Part shown: positions 39,879 to 50,316 of the stretch, piece after piece
How the letters are laid out: each line of letters begins with the position of its first letter
Position numbering within the stretch: position 1 is the first letter of the stretch
NCBI GenBank assembly: GCA_016182335.1
Contig: JACOXK010000057.1
Span: 706-64,705 of the forward strand
Length of the DNA stretch: 64,000 nucleotides
Origin: Deltaproteobacteria bacterium
Lineage (GTDB): Bacteria; Bdellovibrionota; JACOXK01
Direction of reading: 5' to 3'
Made by a program: the position numbers and the translations under genes
The notes under the pieces: model-generated
What the model was told of the DNA's origin: nothing
Database searches by the model: none
The model's input: only the letters and a program-made list of their open reading frames with translations

Positions 39879-41039
39879 TTCCGTAGAGTAATAAAACTTA
39901 GTCATTCCAATAGCTTCTTCCTGTTTGGCCCGAGGGGAACTGGCAAAACAACACTCATAAAACAGCTCTTTTCAAATGATCATGTTTTATGGATAGATTT
40001 ACTCAAAGATGAAGATGAAGAAAAATTTCGAATTAATCCAGACCTACTATCTGAAATTTTGGCAAATAATCCTTATGAATGGGTTGTTATTGATGAGGTT
40101 CAGAAGATTCCAAAGCTGCTAGACATCATACACCTGGAAATTGAAAAGAAAAAAACGAAGTTTGTCTTGACCGGATCTAGCGCTCGAAAGCTTAAAAGAG
40201 GAGCTGCGAATCTCCTGGCAGGTAGAGCATTTACCTATCAACTCTATCCACTGTGCCACATAGAACTTGGTGATTCTTTTCAATTGGAAGATCTGCTTCA
40301 ATTTGGGTCCCTACCTCATCTCTATGAACTTACAACAAAACAAGATCGTATAGAATTTTTGAGAAGTTATGTAAAAACCTATTTGAAAGAAGAAATTTTG
40401 TCAGAGCAGCTGATAAGAAAAGTCGATCCTTTCCGAGATTTTTTGGAAGTTTCTGCACAAACTAATGGACAAATTATTAGCTACGAAAAAATAGCGGATG
40501 ATCTTGGGGTGGATGGGAAAACTGTTCAGACTTATTTTCAAATCCTTGAAGATACTTTGTTAGGATTTAAACTGGAATCCTATCATCGATCTGTCAGAAA
40601 GAGGCAGAGGGTTGCCCCTAAATTTTATCTTTTTGATCTTGGTATCAAGCGTGCTTTAGATCATTCCATGAAGCAAGAACTACAGCCTGAAACTTATGAT
40701 TTCGGGCAAGCTTTTGAGCACTTTATTATTTTGGAGACACAAAGATTGAATGAATATTTTCGGCTTGATTTTAAGATGTCTTATTTACGTACTAAAGACG
40801 GAGCCGAAATTGATCTTATTATTGAAAGACCTGGTGAAGCAACCATTTTAGTAGAAATTAAATCAACAAAAAATACAACGAGTCGACATACATCTCATTT
40901 GGAACGATTTTATAAAGATTGGGGAAAGACTGTGGAAGCACATCTTTGGTCCCTCGACCCGCATGAAAAGAAAATTGGAAATGTCATTTGTCTTCCGTGG
41001 AAGAAAGGCCTCAGCGCTGCAGGTTTTAGACAGAATTAA
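39876..41039 (+). CDS. AAA_14 ATPase with DUF4143 domain
   Basis: GPRGTGKT, IDEVQK, LTGSSA, KFYLFDLG and EIDLI..VEIK motifs. Confidence 0.88.
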   Translation: MFRRVIKLSHSNSFFLFGPRGTGKTTLIKQLFSNDHVLWIDLLKDEDEEKFRINPDLLSEILANNPYEWVVIDEVQKIPKLLDIIHLEIEKKKTKFVLTGSSARKLKRGAANLLAGRAFTYQLYPLCHIELGDSFQLEDLLQFGSLPHLYELTTKQDRIEFLRSYVKTYLKEEILSEQLIRKVDPFRDFLEVSAQTNGQIISYEKIADDLGVDGKTVQTYFQILEDTLLGFKLESYHRSVRKRQRVAPKFYLFDLGIKRALDHSMKQELQPETYDFGQAFEHFIILETQRLNEYFRLDFKMSYLRTKDGAEIDLIIERPGEATILVEIKSTKNTTSRHTSHLERFYKDWGKTVEAHLWSLDPHEKKIGNVICLPWKKGLSAAGFRQN

Positions 41040-41060
41040 TTTGTACAATATAAACCTTGT

Positions 41061-42575
41061 TTATTTCTCCTCTGGCCAGTTGATATAAAACTTTGCTCTC
41101 CTAAAATAATTTGGGCTTTCTGGGTCTCTGGAATTGAACTCGAAATCTAGGTCATGCCCAATTGCATCTTCAATCCAGATACTATCAATAGGCACGATTA
41201 CTTTCTTTTGCCCAATCTTACGCCCCAACCAATTTCTCATGCCTATACATCCATCAAAATTAAAAGGCGCAGAGATAACATTTTTTTTCTTCATGACCCA
41301 TGATCCAATGCGTCTTTGACAATCCTCAGAGTATTTATCTCCAAATTTAATTCGCGCATTCTCGTAACGCACCTCCGAAAGATCGTCTAGCTCAAGGGTC
41401 ACTTCAATATTCTCTCCAACTCCTCCAACTATGAATGTTTTATCAAAATAGGCATCGATAATTTTAGGTGCCTCTAAATCCTGTTGATAATCATCTCTCT
41501 CTGGATCAACAATTTCCACTTGAGCAGAGGGTATTGTGCCTGAATTTTGACCATCCCTACGGCTATCAGGATCATACACTAAGTAAAAATCAAGCCACTC
41601 GTGGCTGAAATTCGAGTCCTTTAGTGGGTCCCCGATTGGATCAAGCCACTTCCCCGACCATAAATGCATCTTCATTCTAGTTTCATTTCCAAAATAATCC
41701 TGAACTGAGAGATTATTCATAACTATCTTTCCCAAAGGTGCGTAAAGAGGGATATTTAACTCGTAAAAGTATGTATCATCACCTCTGTACTTAAAATGAT
41801 TGTATTGGAAAGGAAAAGCGCCCAAGAACTCAGGAAAGGCGCCTACTCGATCAAATTCCAGGCCAAAGTGTTGTGGTGAGAGTTTGTAGCCAAGGAAATT
41901 TCCCATGCCAATTCTGTTGATGCCACTCAATTTGTCTCTCATTTTCACAAAAAGAATAAGATTTTCCCCAGGTTTTACTGTTTTTTTATCGAACCAAACT
42001 TTTTCAACTTCTGGAGCCTCCTCATCTATAAACATTGATCTCATAATGCCCTTGATGATGTGTTCACCAATGATTCCGCGCTTAAATCGATACTGAACTT
42101 TTAAAATAAAGGAGTTAGAGTCATAAACATAATATTCCCCAATTTCAAACATGCCTTGAGTCTCAACCCAGTAGAAAGTATTGTTGCTAAGCATTAATAC
42201 TTCTTCCCATTCTTTGGCGGGTTGTTCTTTCCTAAGATGAATTTTAAGTTTATCAAAATTATCAAATCTCTTGCCATCAAGATTTGTGAGATAGGAAAAA
42301 GAAAGTGTAGAGGTTTCTTCATCAACTTTTGTAATAGGCTTGTCATCTATTATTACATTCTTTTTGTCTTCAGATTCGTTTAAATTCCAATTTTCTGGAT
42401 ATTCAAACTTAATACCCATGAGATTATTTTCATAATGCTTCATGCCAGCATTGCCTTGTTCAACACCCGATATCCCTGGATCATTTGATCCGTTATTCAA
42501 AGGATCAAAAATACTTTTTTCGCCACAGGATAAAACGCCAAATAGAAGAACACACAACAACATCCTAATTTTCAT
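41061..42575 (-). CDS. Hypothetical lipoprotein
   Basis: AGGAGAGG RBS, lipobox VLSC and two EAP-initiated Ig-like segments. Confidence 0.75.
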   Translation of the reverse strand: MKIRMLLCVLLFGVLSCGEKSIFDPLNNGSNDPGISGVEQGNAGMKHYENNLMGIKFEYPENWNLNESEDKKNVIIDDKPITKVDEETSTLSFSYLTNLDGKRFDNFDKLKIHLRKEQPAKEWEEVLMLSNNTFYWVETQGMFEIGEYYVYDSNSFILKVQYRFKRGIIGEHIIKGIMRSMFIDEEAPEVEKVWFDKKTVKPGENLILFVKMRDKLSGINRIGMGNFLGYKLSPQHFGLEFDRVGAFPEFLGAFPFQYNHFKYRGDDTYFYELNIPLYAPLGKIVMNNLSVQDYFGNETRMKMHLWSGKWLDPIGDPLKDSNFSHEWLDFYLVYDPDSRRDGQNSGTIPSAQVEIVDPERDDYQQDLEAPKIIDAYFDKTFIVGGVGENIEVTLELDDLSEVRYENARIKFGDKYSEDCQRRIGSWVMKKKNVISAPFNFDGCIGMRNWLGRKIGQKKVIVPIDSIWIEDAIGHDLDFEFNSRDPESPNYFRRAKFYINWPEEK

Positions 42576-43380
42576 TTTCCTCTCCTTTGAGTTCGAATAA
42601 CTGCACATTTAATTGATAAACTTTCGTTTTTTCTCCGGTTTCTAAAAACTGCATAAGCTCCCTTGAGAATTTCTGAATTCTTTGTTTAGCATCAGGTATT
42701 TTTTTAGGATCAACCGCCATCGTCATTCCTGTAATGTTTCTATTTTCAATATTCTGATGAAAAAGTGCTACAAGTGCTTTTCTGATTAATTGCCCATGCA
42801 AACTGACAAGCCCCCTATTGAGAACTTCAGTAGGTGTAGCCAGCAACCCATTATTTTTTCTTAAATAAGTATTTCCCTTTTTCTTGATAAGGTCCAACTT
42901 GAGAAGTCGTTCGCAGCGAATTCTTACATCATGTGTTTTCAGATTTAATTTCTTTGCGATGTTCTTTGATGTTTTTTCAGTTAGATCATCTAAGAGAAGG
43001 GCTTCAAGAATAGCACTATAATGCCAATCTGAAATGATATGTAATAATTCGATGGTAAGGTCTGTTACCCCTTTTTCTTTCTTCAAACTCTCAAGTTTGC
43101 CAGAATAAAACTCTTTAATTTCGTCGGCTTGTGCTGTTTCTTTTTCTATTAACAAAGAAACGTACTTTTTTTCATCTTCATTGAATATGTTGGATTGAAA
43201 TAACTTATCTATCATGCGTTGAGTTGGGGGCCTTTTGTTACTTAGGAATAAACTCAAATAGGATTTACTCATTCCCAATTAATTGGCAAAAGCAGCTGCA
43301 GAATAAAGAGGATTCAGCTGGACTCGCCGTTTTAGTTAAGCTCTCAAAAAATCGCGAGAGCTTTTGTACGGGTAGATCAT
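42565..43380 (-). pseudogene. TIGR02147/DUF4423-type HTH protein with two in-frame TAA stops
   Basis: MIYPYKSSRDFLRA*LKRRVQLNPLYSAAAFAN*LGMSKSYLS..; stops at 43336-38 and 43279-81; ISDWHYSAILE and VYQLNVQLF motifs. Confidence 0.75.
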
Positions 43381-43455
43381 GAAATAAACCTTAATAAAGT
43401 GACTTAGGTTTGTCGATGCGATTTGAAAATTATGTGTTTACATAGTTGTAAACCT

Positions 43456-43497
43456 AGATCCTTCGGCAAACTACATTATCCCCATCTCAGGATGACA
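43456..43497 (-). repeat. Family B element (intergenic)
   Basis: agatccttcggcaaactacattatccccatctcaggatgaca. Confidence 0.8.
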
Positions 43498-43560
43498 GGC
43501 TCGGCCAATTAATAACTAAATTGTGCTTGGGATTATCATTTGCTACCATAACAAATGTAG

Positions 43561-44127
43561 ATGAAGTTTTTAAATATTTTCAAAAATAAAGAAGTACGTT
43601 GTGAATCCTGCCAAAAAATCTTTCCAGAAAATCAGTTAAATCAATACGATTCAACCATTCGTGACGAAATTGAAGATGGCATTATCAAGCACTTGTGCAG
43701 AAACTGTCTGAAGCTAGAACTGCAGACTTATTTAAGGGGATATAAAGGCAAGGCCGTGATGGTTTATCCCTTGCAGAAGTATAATGGGCTTGCCTATCAT
43801 TTCTATCCCTTTGGAGAAATGCAAGAATATGAATGGACTTCTGATCAAATTGAGAAACTCCGAAAATATTTACCCCTGGAGGATACTCAATGTGAAAAAT
43901 GTAAGGTGAGAAAAGCCCAGATCAATTGGTGCTCTCCTGAAATTTATAATTTTAATCCGTTTTTGGAAAAAATTAATGAACAAGGACATTTTGAGCAGAA
44001 GAAATTATGCCCTCAATGTTGGGTTCTTGAATTTATTAAAAAAATCGAAGAAGAAAACATAGTTTTTAATATTGAATTTTTACCCCCGTATAACTCCGAC
44101 GGGTTCGGAACTTCTTTTGAAGCTTAA
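43561..44127 (+). CDS. Hypothetical protein with four CxxC motifs
   Basis: CESC, CRNC, CEKC and CPQC. Confidence 0.7.
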   Translation: MKFLNIFKNKEVRCESCQKIFPENQLNQYDSTIRDEIEDGIIKHLCRNCLKLELQTYLRGYKGKAVMVYPLQKYNGLAYHFYPFGEMQEYEWTSDQIEKLRKYLPLEDTQCEKCKVRKAQINWCSPEIYNFNPFLEKINEQGHFEQKKLCPQCWVLEFIKKIEEENIVFNIEFLPPYNSDGFGTSFEA

Positions 44128-44130
44128 TAA

Positions 44131-44250
44131 AGGCTGTTCAAAAAAGTTTAGATGCTAGGCGCCTGAGGAGGCACGACCGAGACGTACTTAAGAGTACGTT
44201 GATGGAGAGCCGACGAGGGCAACGACGCAGATGACTTTTTTCAACAGCCT
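44131..44250. mobile_element. 120-bp MITE-like element
   Basis: TIR aggctgttcaaaaaagt / acttttttcaacagcct; internal hairpin acgtact-taag-agtacgt. Confidence 0.75.
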
Positions 44251-44254
44251 GCAG

Positions 44255-45544
44255 CTAGGGCCTAAGTCGCTCAAGCATTCTAGGGAACGGTATAGTTTCT
44301 CGCACATGAGGCAGGCCACAAATCCAGGCCAGTGCCCTCTCAATGCCTAAGCCAAAACCAGCGGTAGGAACACTTCCGTATTTTCGTAAATCAAAATACC
44401 AACCAAAGTCTTCTTCACGTAGCCCGTGTCTCTCAACCTCTTTTCTTAAGATTTCAAGATTTTCTTCTCGTGCTCCACCTCCTATTATTTCTCCATAGCC
44501 TTCAGGGGCCAATAAATCACAGCTTAAAGAAAGTGTTGGATCTTTTGGGTCCTGTTTCATGTAAAAGGCTTTGATTTTTTTGGGAAATCGATGAACAAAA
44601 AAAGGTTTATGATAGTGCTGGCACAGAAAGCTCTCATCAGGGGCTCCAAAATCATTACCGTAAACAAAACCCGTATCGCTTTTTTTGAGTCTTTCTGCCG
44701 CATCATTGTAATGGAGGCGGTCAAAAGGGGTTTTGATGATTTTAAGCCTTTCGATGTCTCTTTCTAAAGATTTAATTTCTTCTTCTTTTTCTTCTAAATT
44801 TTTTTGAACAATGTATTCAATGAAATTTTCTGCAAGTTCCATGTTGTCTTCTAATGAGGCAAAGGCCACTTCAGGTTCTAACATCCAAAACTCTGTCAGG
44901 TGTTTTCTTGTTTTTGACTTCTCAGCTCGAAATGTTGGACCAAAGCAATAAACTTTTCCAAAGGCTCTGGCAGTAGCTTCGTTGTACAGTTGACCACTCT
45001 GAGACAGATAGGCTTTTTCTTCAAAATATTGAGTTTCAAATAAAGTTGTTGTTCCTTCACAGGCGGATGGGGTCAGAATCGGTGCATCGCAAAGGATAAA
45101 ACCATTTATATCGAAAAAATCTCTGCAATGTTTGATGAGGCTTGCTCTCACTCTTAAAATGGCGTGTTGTCTTTTGGAACGAATCCACAAATGTCTATGC
45201 TCCATGAGGAACCCAACACCATGTTCTTTAGGGCTAATAGGATAATCAAGCGTTTTATGAACAATTTCAAAAGATTTGAGTCCAAGCTCAAAACCGCCTG
45301 TGGATCGTTTTTCTACGCGCGGGACACCGGAAATAATAACGGATGTTTCCTGTGTTAAATCCGAAAATAAGTCTAAAAATTTTCGATCTGTTTCTCCAGG
45401 AAAAAGCACACATTGAAGAAGCCCTGTACCGTCTCGAAAAACAAGAAATTTAATCTTCCCACTGGACCTGGTGTGATACACCCACCCTTTCAGTGTAATT
45501 TCTTGTCCAACATACTTTCCAATATCTTCTATATAAACTCGCAT
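44255..45544 (-). CDS. asnS: Asparagine-tRNA ligase
   Basis: OB-fold start, ACEGTT, LSQSGQLY, FRAEKSKTRKHLTEFW and GFGLGIER motifs. Confidence 0.95.
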   Translation of the reverse strand: MRVYIEDIGKYVGQEITLKGWVYHTRSSGKIKFLVFRDGTGLLQCVLFPGETDRKFLDLFSDLTQETSVIISGVPRVEKRSTGGFELGLKSFEIVHKTLDYPISPKEHGVGFLMEHRHLWIRSKRQHAILRVRASLIKHCRDFFDINGFILCDAPILTPSACEGTTTLFETQYFEEKAYLSQSGQLYNEATARAFGKVYCFGPTFRAEKSKTRKHLTEFWMLEPEVAFASLEDNMELAENFIEYIVQKNLEEKEEEIKSLERDIERLKIIKTPFDRLHYNDAAERLKKSDTGFVYGNDFGAPDESFLCQHYHKPFFVHRFPKKIKAFYMKQDPKDPTLSLSCDLLAPEGYGEIIGGGAREENLEILRKEVERHGLREEDFGWYFDLRKYGSVPTAGFGLGIERALAWICGLPHVRETIPFPRMLERLRP

Positions 45545-45582
45545 CTTATACCTCAACCACCTGAGTAAAACTCACAATTACA

Positions 45583-45673
45583 GAGATTAGGCAGTGTCTT
45601 TTCGGCGAGTTCGCACCGCAGGGCTACTGCCCGAGGAGCGCTGTCTGAGCAAGAAAAGATACTGCCTAATCTC
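45583..45673 (-). mobile_element. 91-bp MITE-like element, intergenic relative of the carB insert
   Basis: 21-bp TIR gagattaggcagtgtcttttc / gaaaagatactgcctaatctc (one mismatch). Confidence 0.85.
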
Positions 45674-45679
45674 ATGTAC

Positions 45680-46789
45680 TTAAGTTTTTGGATCAAGAGC
45701 GTCCCTTAACCCATCTCCTAACAAATTAAACATCATGACTGCAAGAAAAATAAAAAAACCAGGGATTAAAATCCATGGATGAAACTGGATTTCCGAAATA
45801 GCCATGGCCTCCGAAAGCATGTTTCCCCAACTAGCGTCAGGGTCCATGATTCCTAATCCCAAGAGGGAAAGAGCGCTCTCACCAAGAATATAGGAAGGAA
45901 TACCTATGGTCAGAGAGATAATGGCGTAGGAAAATGTATTGGGTAAAATATGTTTGACCATAATAAAAAAGCTGTTAACTCCTAACGCTTTTGCTGCAAG
46001 AACATATTCCTTTCGAGCCTCCGCTAATACCATTCCGCGTATGACGCGTGCCAGCCCAGCCCAACCAATAAAAGCAAGGATGATTGTGATGCCAAAGAAT
46101 ACTTGAATCGAAGATAGATTAACGGGAAGGGCAGCTCTCAATGCCAGTAATAAATAAAAAGAGGGGGCCATCATAAAAATTTCGCATATTCTCATAATAA
46201 TATTATCAGTTCGACCACCGTAGTATCCGGCGATAGCACCCATCATCATTCCTAAGATAAACACAATGAAAGAACCTAAAAGCCCTATGGATAGAGAAAC
46301 ACGGGAGCCAAAAAGAAGCCTTGAAAAAACATCACGTCCTTTTTCATCAGCACCAAAGAAATAAAAACGTCCAGGAAATTCTACACCAAACAATCTTAAA
46401 TTTGTTTTAAAAAGCCCCAGAAATGAGTAGTTATCATCAACAAGTTTCTGCTGGCGTGAGTCCCATATTTTTTTCTTATTAAAAAGTTTAAGGTGATATT
46501 TTTTTGACGTATCTTCGACACGAATTCGATTATAGAATGAGTCAAACTGGTACGTGTAATTGTAAATGTATGGATTCCATTGTCCTTCATCCAACCAATG
46601 AATAGAACTGGGGGGCTGATAAGATGTGGAGCGGTCTTCTTCATCAAGGCTATAGGGAGCCAGAAAATTAGCAAAAACAGCACACAAATAAAAAGTTAAA
46701 AGGCCAATCAAAGCCAAAACAGCAAGGTTATGTTTTTTAAACTTTGTCCATGATCGACCTTTACTAAAAGCTACTTTTTCTTCAGCCAT
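45680..46789 (-). CDS. Peptide/nickel ABC transporter permease (OppC/DppC)
   Basis: GADEKGRDVFSR, YVLAAKALG and NLLGDGLRDALDP motifs. Confidence 0.92.
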   Translation of the reverse strand: MAEEKVAFSKGRSWTKFKKHNLAVLALIGLLTFYLCAVFANFLAPYSLDEEDRSTSYQPPSSIHWLDEGQWNPYIYNYTYQFDSFYNRIRVEDTSKKYHLKLFNKKKIWDSRQQKLVDDNYSFLGLFKTNLRLFGVEFPGRFYFFGADEKGRDVFSRLLFGSRVSLSIGLLGSFIVFILGMMMGAIAGYYGGRTDNIIMRICEIFMMAPSFYLLLALRAALPVNLSSIQVFFGITIILAFIGWAGLARVIRGMVLAEARKEYVLAAKALGVNSFFIMVKHILPNTFSYAIISLTIGIPSYILGESALSLLGLGIMDPDASWGNMLSEAMAISEIQFHPWILIPGFFIFLAVMMFNLLGDGLRDALDPKT

Positions 46790-47750
46790 AACGAATTCTT
46801 GGGTCTATAGTTGCTAGCAAAATATCAGCAATGAGATTACCTAAAACCAAAAGCACACCGGCAATCAACATATTAGCCATAACAAGATAGATGTCCTTAC
46901 TTCGAACAGCTTCAAGCATTAAAGAGCCGATTCCTGGCCAGGAGCAGATAATTTCAGTAAGAGCAGCGCCACTTAAAATTCCTGAAAGTTGATATCCAAA
47001 GATAGTAATCATGGGGTTAATGGCATTGCGCAAAGCATGGCGATAAATAACGCGATTCTCTGGTAAGCCTTTGGCCCGGGCTGTCATCAAATACTGGGAT
47101 CGTAAAACCTCAAGCATGTTACCTCGCATCACTCTTTGTAAAAAAGCCATGGATGCCGTTGAGATGACAAAGACAGGAATGATGAGGTGTTTAACAACAT
47201 CAAATATTTTTCCCAAAAGACCAAGACTTCTAAAATTTCCTGAATACATCCCCCCGATGGGCAAGATATCCAAGTAAGAACCCAAAATATAAAGGAGTAA
47301 GAGCGCAAAAAAGAAGTTAGGTGTTGATAAACCTATATAGGAAAGAACTGAGAAAATTTTATCTCCCCATTTATATTGTTTCACAGCGCAGTAAATTCCA
47401 ATGGGTATAGCGAAAAGCCACGTGAAAAAGATACTGCAAAGAGAGAGCAGAAGAGTATTCCACACTCTACTTTGAATCACTTTTAAAACTGGTTCATCAT
47501 TATCAAAAGAGTGTCCCCAATCTAAAGTGACAATTCCCTTAAGCCAATGAACATATTGTACAACCCAAGGTTGATCGAGGTGGTATTGTTTTTCATATCG
47601 CTCGATCACATCTTTAGAGATCTGAGGATTGAGTTTTAATTGATCAAAATAATTTCCTGGGGCCAGTTGTAGAACCCCAAAAGTCATAAAGGAAATAGCT
47701 ATGAGAAGAGGAACAGAAATAATCAATCTTCTCAGAGCATAAGTCCACAA
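46782..47750 (-). CDS. Peptide/nickel ABC transporter permease (OppB/DppB)
   Basis: TARAKGL..HALRNA and DPRIR motifs. Confidence 0.92.
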   Translation of the reverse strand: MWTYALRRLIISVPLLIAISFMTFGVLQLAPGNYFDQLKLNPQISKDVIERYEKQYHLDQPWVVQYVHWLKGIVTLDWGHSFDNDEPVLKVIQSRVWNTLLLSLCSIFFTWLFAIPIGIYCAVKQYKWGDKIFSVLSYIGLSTPNFFFALLLLYILGSYLDILPIGGMYSGNFRSLGLLGKIFDVVKHLIIPVFVISTASMAFLQRVMRGNMLEVLRSQYLMTARAKGLPENRVIYRHALRNAINPMITIFGYQLSGILSGAALTEIICSWPGIGSLMLEAVRSKDIYLVMANMLIAGVLLVLGNLIADILLATIDPRIRYG

Positions 47751-47753
47751 GGG

Positions 47754-49521
47754 CTAATCCATTTTTTTTACAAACATTCTTTCAATATTGTGAAACATTT
47801 CTCCAACAGGAGTTGGATAAGTATTTCCAAATTTATTATGAATGGCGTACAAAGCCGCTGGAAGAACTGTGTAAATCATCGGAACTTGATCAGATACAAT
47901 TTTTTGCCAACGATCATAGAGTTTTTTTCGTTTTTTCAGATCCAATTCGCTAACACCTTTTTCAAAAATGTTATCAATTTCTTTTTCCCACTCTGTGGCT
48001 GGGGCTTCTTGGCTTGGATACCACATATGAAGGTGACCGCTGCTTTTCCAAACATTGGCACCAAAATGAGGTTCCATGCTACCGGTAAGAGCAATAAGAA
48101 CAGCGTCGTAATCAAACGTGGAATTTAGTTTTGTTATCATAAGTATTGAATTCCATAAGTGTGAAATGTACCCGGATACCTATATTCTCAAAATCTTTTC
48201 GAAGTAATTCACAGATTCTCTTGCGAACCGTATTTCCTGCATTCGTAACCAAACTAAATTCAATGGCTCGTCCTTCTGCGTCCTCTAAGATGCCATCCCC
48301 ATTTGTATCTTTAAAGCCCTCATGAGCAAGAAGACTTCTGGCCTTTTGGGGGTCAAAAGAATAGGACGTTACATCGGGATTATAAAATGTTTCAGCTGAG
48401 GGGCTTAATGGCCCCCATTGATAATATCCAAGTCCATTTAATGCGATGTCTATAATAGATTTTCTATCAATAGCATAAGATAAAGCTTTTCTAAAATTTG
48501 GATTTGTAAACAGTCTGAGTTTATGTTCTTCGATGTAATAACTTCCATTTTCTTTTTTTCGTTGATTTTGATTGAGAACTAGAAAAGAAGACCCAAATGC
48601 CGGACCAGCATTAAAAATTGAGTATTGACCTTCTTTTTCAAGAGGTTTCAGAATTGGAAAATCTTGTCCTCTTAACTCATAGTAATCGATCTCCCCTTTT
48701 TGAAATTTCAGCATTGAAATATCTTGGCTCTGAACAACATAAAACTCCATTTTGTCCAAGTAAGGCAGAGTATTGCCTTTCTCATCCTTTTTCCAATAGT
48801 GAGGGTTACGTTTCAAAACTACTTTTTGTCCCAAAACATATTCTTCAAGCATAAAAGGGCCAGTCCCAATGATTTCAGAAGGAGGGGTGCTCACAGACCA
48901 CGTCGTATTAAAAGTATTATTATTTACTTTTGCTTCCAAAGCATGTTTGGGTTGTATTCGAACTCCAGCCAGTATCATAAGAAACGGGGCAAATTTTACG
49001 GGTAGTTTCATTTGAACTGTAAAGGTATCCAACTTTGTAACTTCAATATCTTTTTCGGCAATGCGTAAAATATCGCTCGTCGATGAGGGAATGTTTTTAT
49101 TGTAGATAATATCTTTGAAGGTGAAAACGACGTCATCCGCTGTGAAAGGTTTTCCATCAAACCATTGGACATCTTCTCTTAAATGAAATGTCCAGCTCAG
49201 CCCATCACCAGATACTTCCCAGGATTTTGCAAGCGCTGATTTAACTTCGGTTGTAATGCCATCCACATCAGTGAGACCTTCAAAAAACCATTGTGTGATA
49301 TCAGTGGAAGATGTTTCTTTAGCTATTACATGATTAAAAGTTTTTGGAGGGGAAATGGTAGCTTGTCGAAGAACCCCGCCATACGTTCCAATGACAGGTT
49401 TGTATTCCGGCCTTTGGACTTGCGCCCCTCCAGTCTGTGATAGGTCCTGTTTTTTGGTGCAAGAGAATAAGAATATAAAGGCGCCCAATAGCAGAAAAGT
49501 TAAAAGATAATGTCTCATCAT
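47754..49521 (-). pseudogene. Peptide ABC transporter substrate-binding lipoprotein, frameshifted near 48141
   Basis: Lipobox LFSC and SBP_bac_5 motifs (WFDGKPFTADDV, IGTGPF); the C-terminal ~128 aa continue in another frame after ..EFNT. Confidence 0.8.
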
Positions 49522-49677
49522 AAGAACCCTCCCTCTTGAACGGCCTGCAACTCTGGTAACACAAATGCATCCAGGGTACAAGGCTGTCCTGAAATATGGT
49601 ACAATAAAGGAAGTTTTAGTCGCTCGTAAGATTTCAGAATAATATTCAAGTATTAGATTCACATAATATAAAATATT

Positions 49678-49706
49678 GATCCCTCGCCTGACGGCTTGGG
49701 ATGACA
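49678..49706 (-). repeat. Family B variant (intergenic)
   Basis: gatccctcgcctgacggcttgggatgaca. Confidence 0.75.
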
Positions 49707-49716
49707 GGTAGTTTTC

Positions 49717-50316
49717 ATGAAGAACCATCAAACAAGAAAGAAATTTCTGATCCATCATAAGTTTCAATTGAAGTACAGTCTTGGCTTTGCTTCCATTGTT
49801 GCACTTACAGCTGTCCTCTTTGGATACCTTGCCCAGAATTCAATTGAGAAGACTCTGATGGGTGCCATTCGCACTGGCGCAGTAGATTCCCCAGTGATTT
49901 CAAGTCTTTTTGAAGGACAAGCAGCATGGATATCCATTCATATTTTTATGCTTTTGAGTTTGCTGTGTCTAGTGCTCGTCATCTTAGGAGTGTTGGCAAC
50001 TCATCGTATTGCTGGCCCCCTTTTCTCGCTCAACAGAAGGATGCAGGAGACGGCCTTGGGCAAGTATTTTGAAAAACCCTTGCAGTTTAGAAAAACTGAT
50101 GAATTTCAAGAACTTGCGAAGTCTTATAATAAGCTTATGAGTTCTCTTCAATCAAAACGGAAGCAAGAATTACAGTTTGTCCATGATGAGCTTAAAAGTA
50201 TTTTAGATAATTTTCAGAAGTCCGATAAGAGGGATGAAGAAGTTCATCACCTGGAAGAAACTCTTCATAAAATTGAAAAACAATTATCAATGAGAAGTGA
50301 TTATGAAGGAAAATAA
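49717..50316 (+). CDS. Two-TM HAMP-domain protein
   Basis: RKKFLI..FQ, two TMs and THRIAGPL..FRKTDEFQELA..N. Confidence 0.75.
   Translation: MKNHQTRKKFLIHHKFQLKYSLGFASIVALTAVLFGYLAQNSIEKTLMGAIRTGAVDSPVISSLFEGQAAWISIHIFMLLSLLCLVLVILGVLATHRIAGPLFSLNRRMQETALGKYFEKPLQFRKTDEFQELAKSYNKLMSSLQSKRKQELQFVHDELKSILDNFQKSDKRDEEVHHLEETLHKIEKQLSMRSDYEGK

Noticed and set aside
41549..41573. gaccatccctacggctatcaggatc as a family B copy in the lipoprotein gene
   Set aside because: Too degenerate to distinguish from chance.
43279..43338. TAA reassignment (alternative genetic code)
   Set aside because: TAA terminates many conserved genes in this window (lepA, carB, rpoD, ileS).
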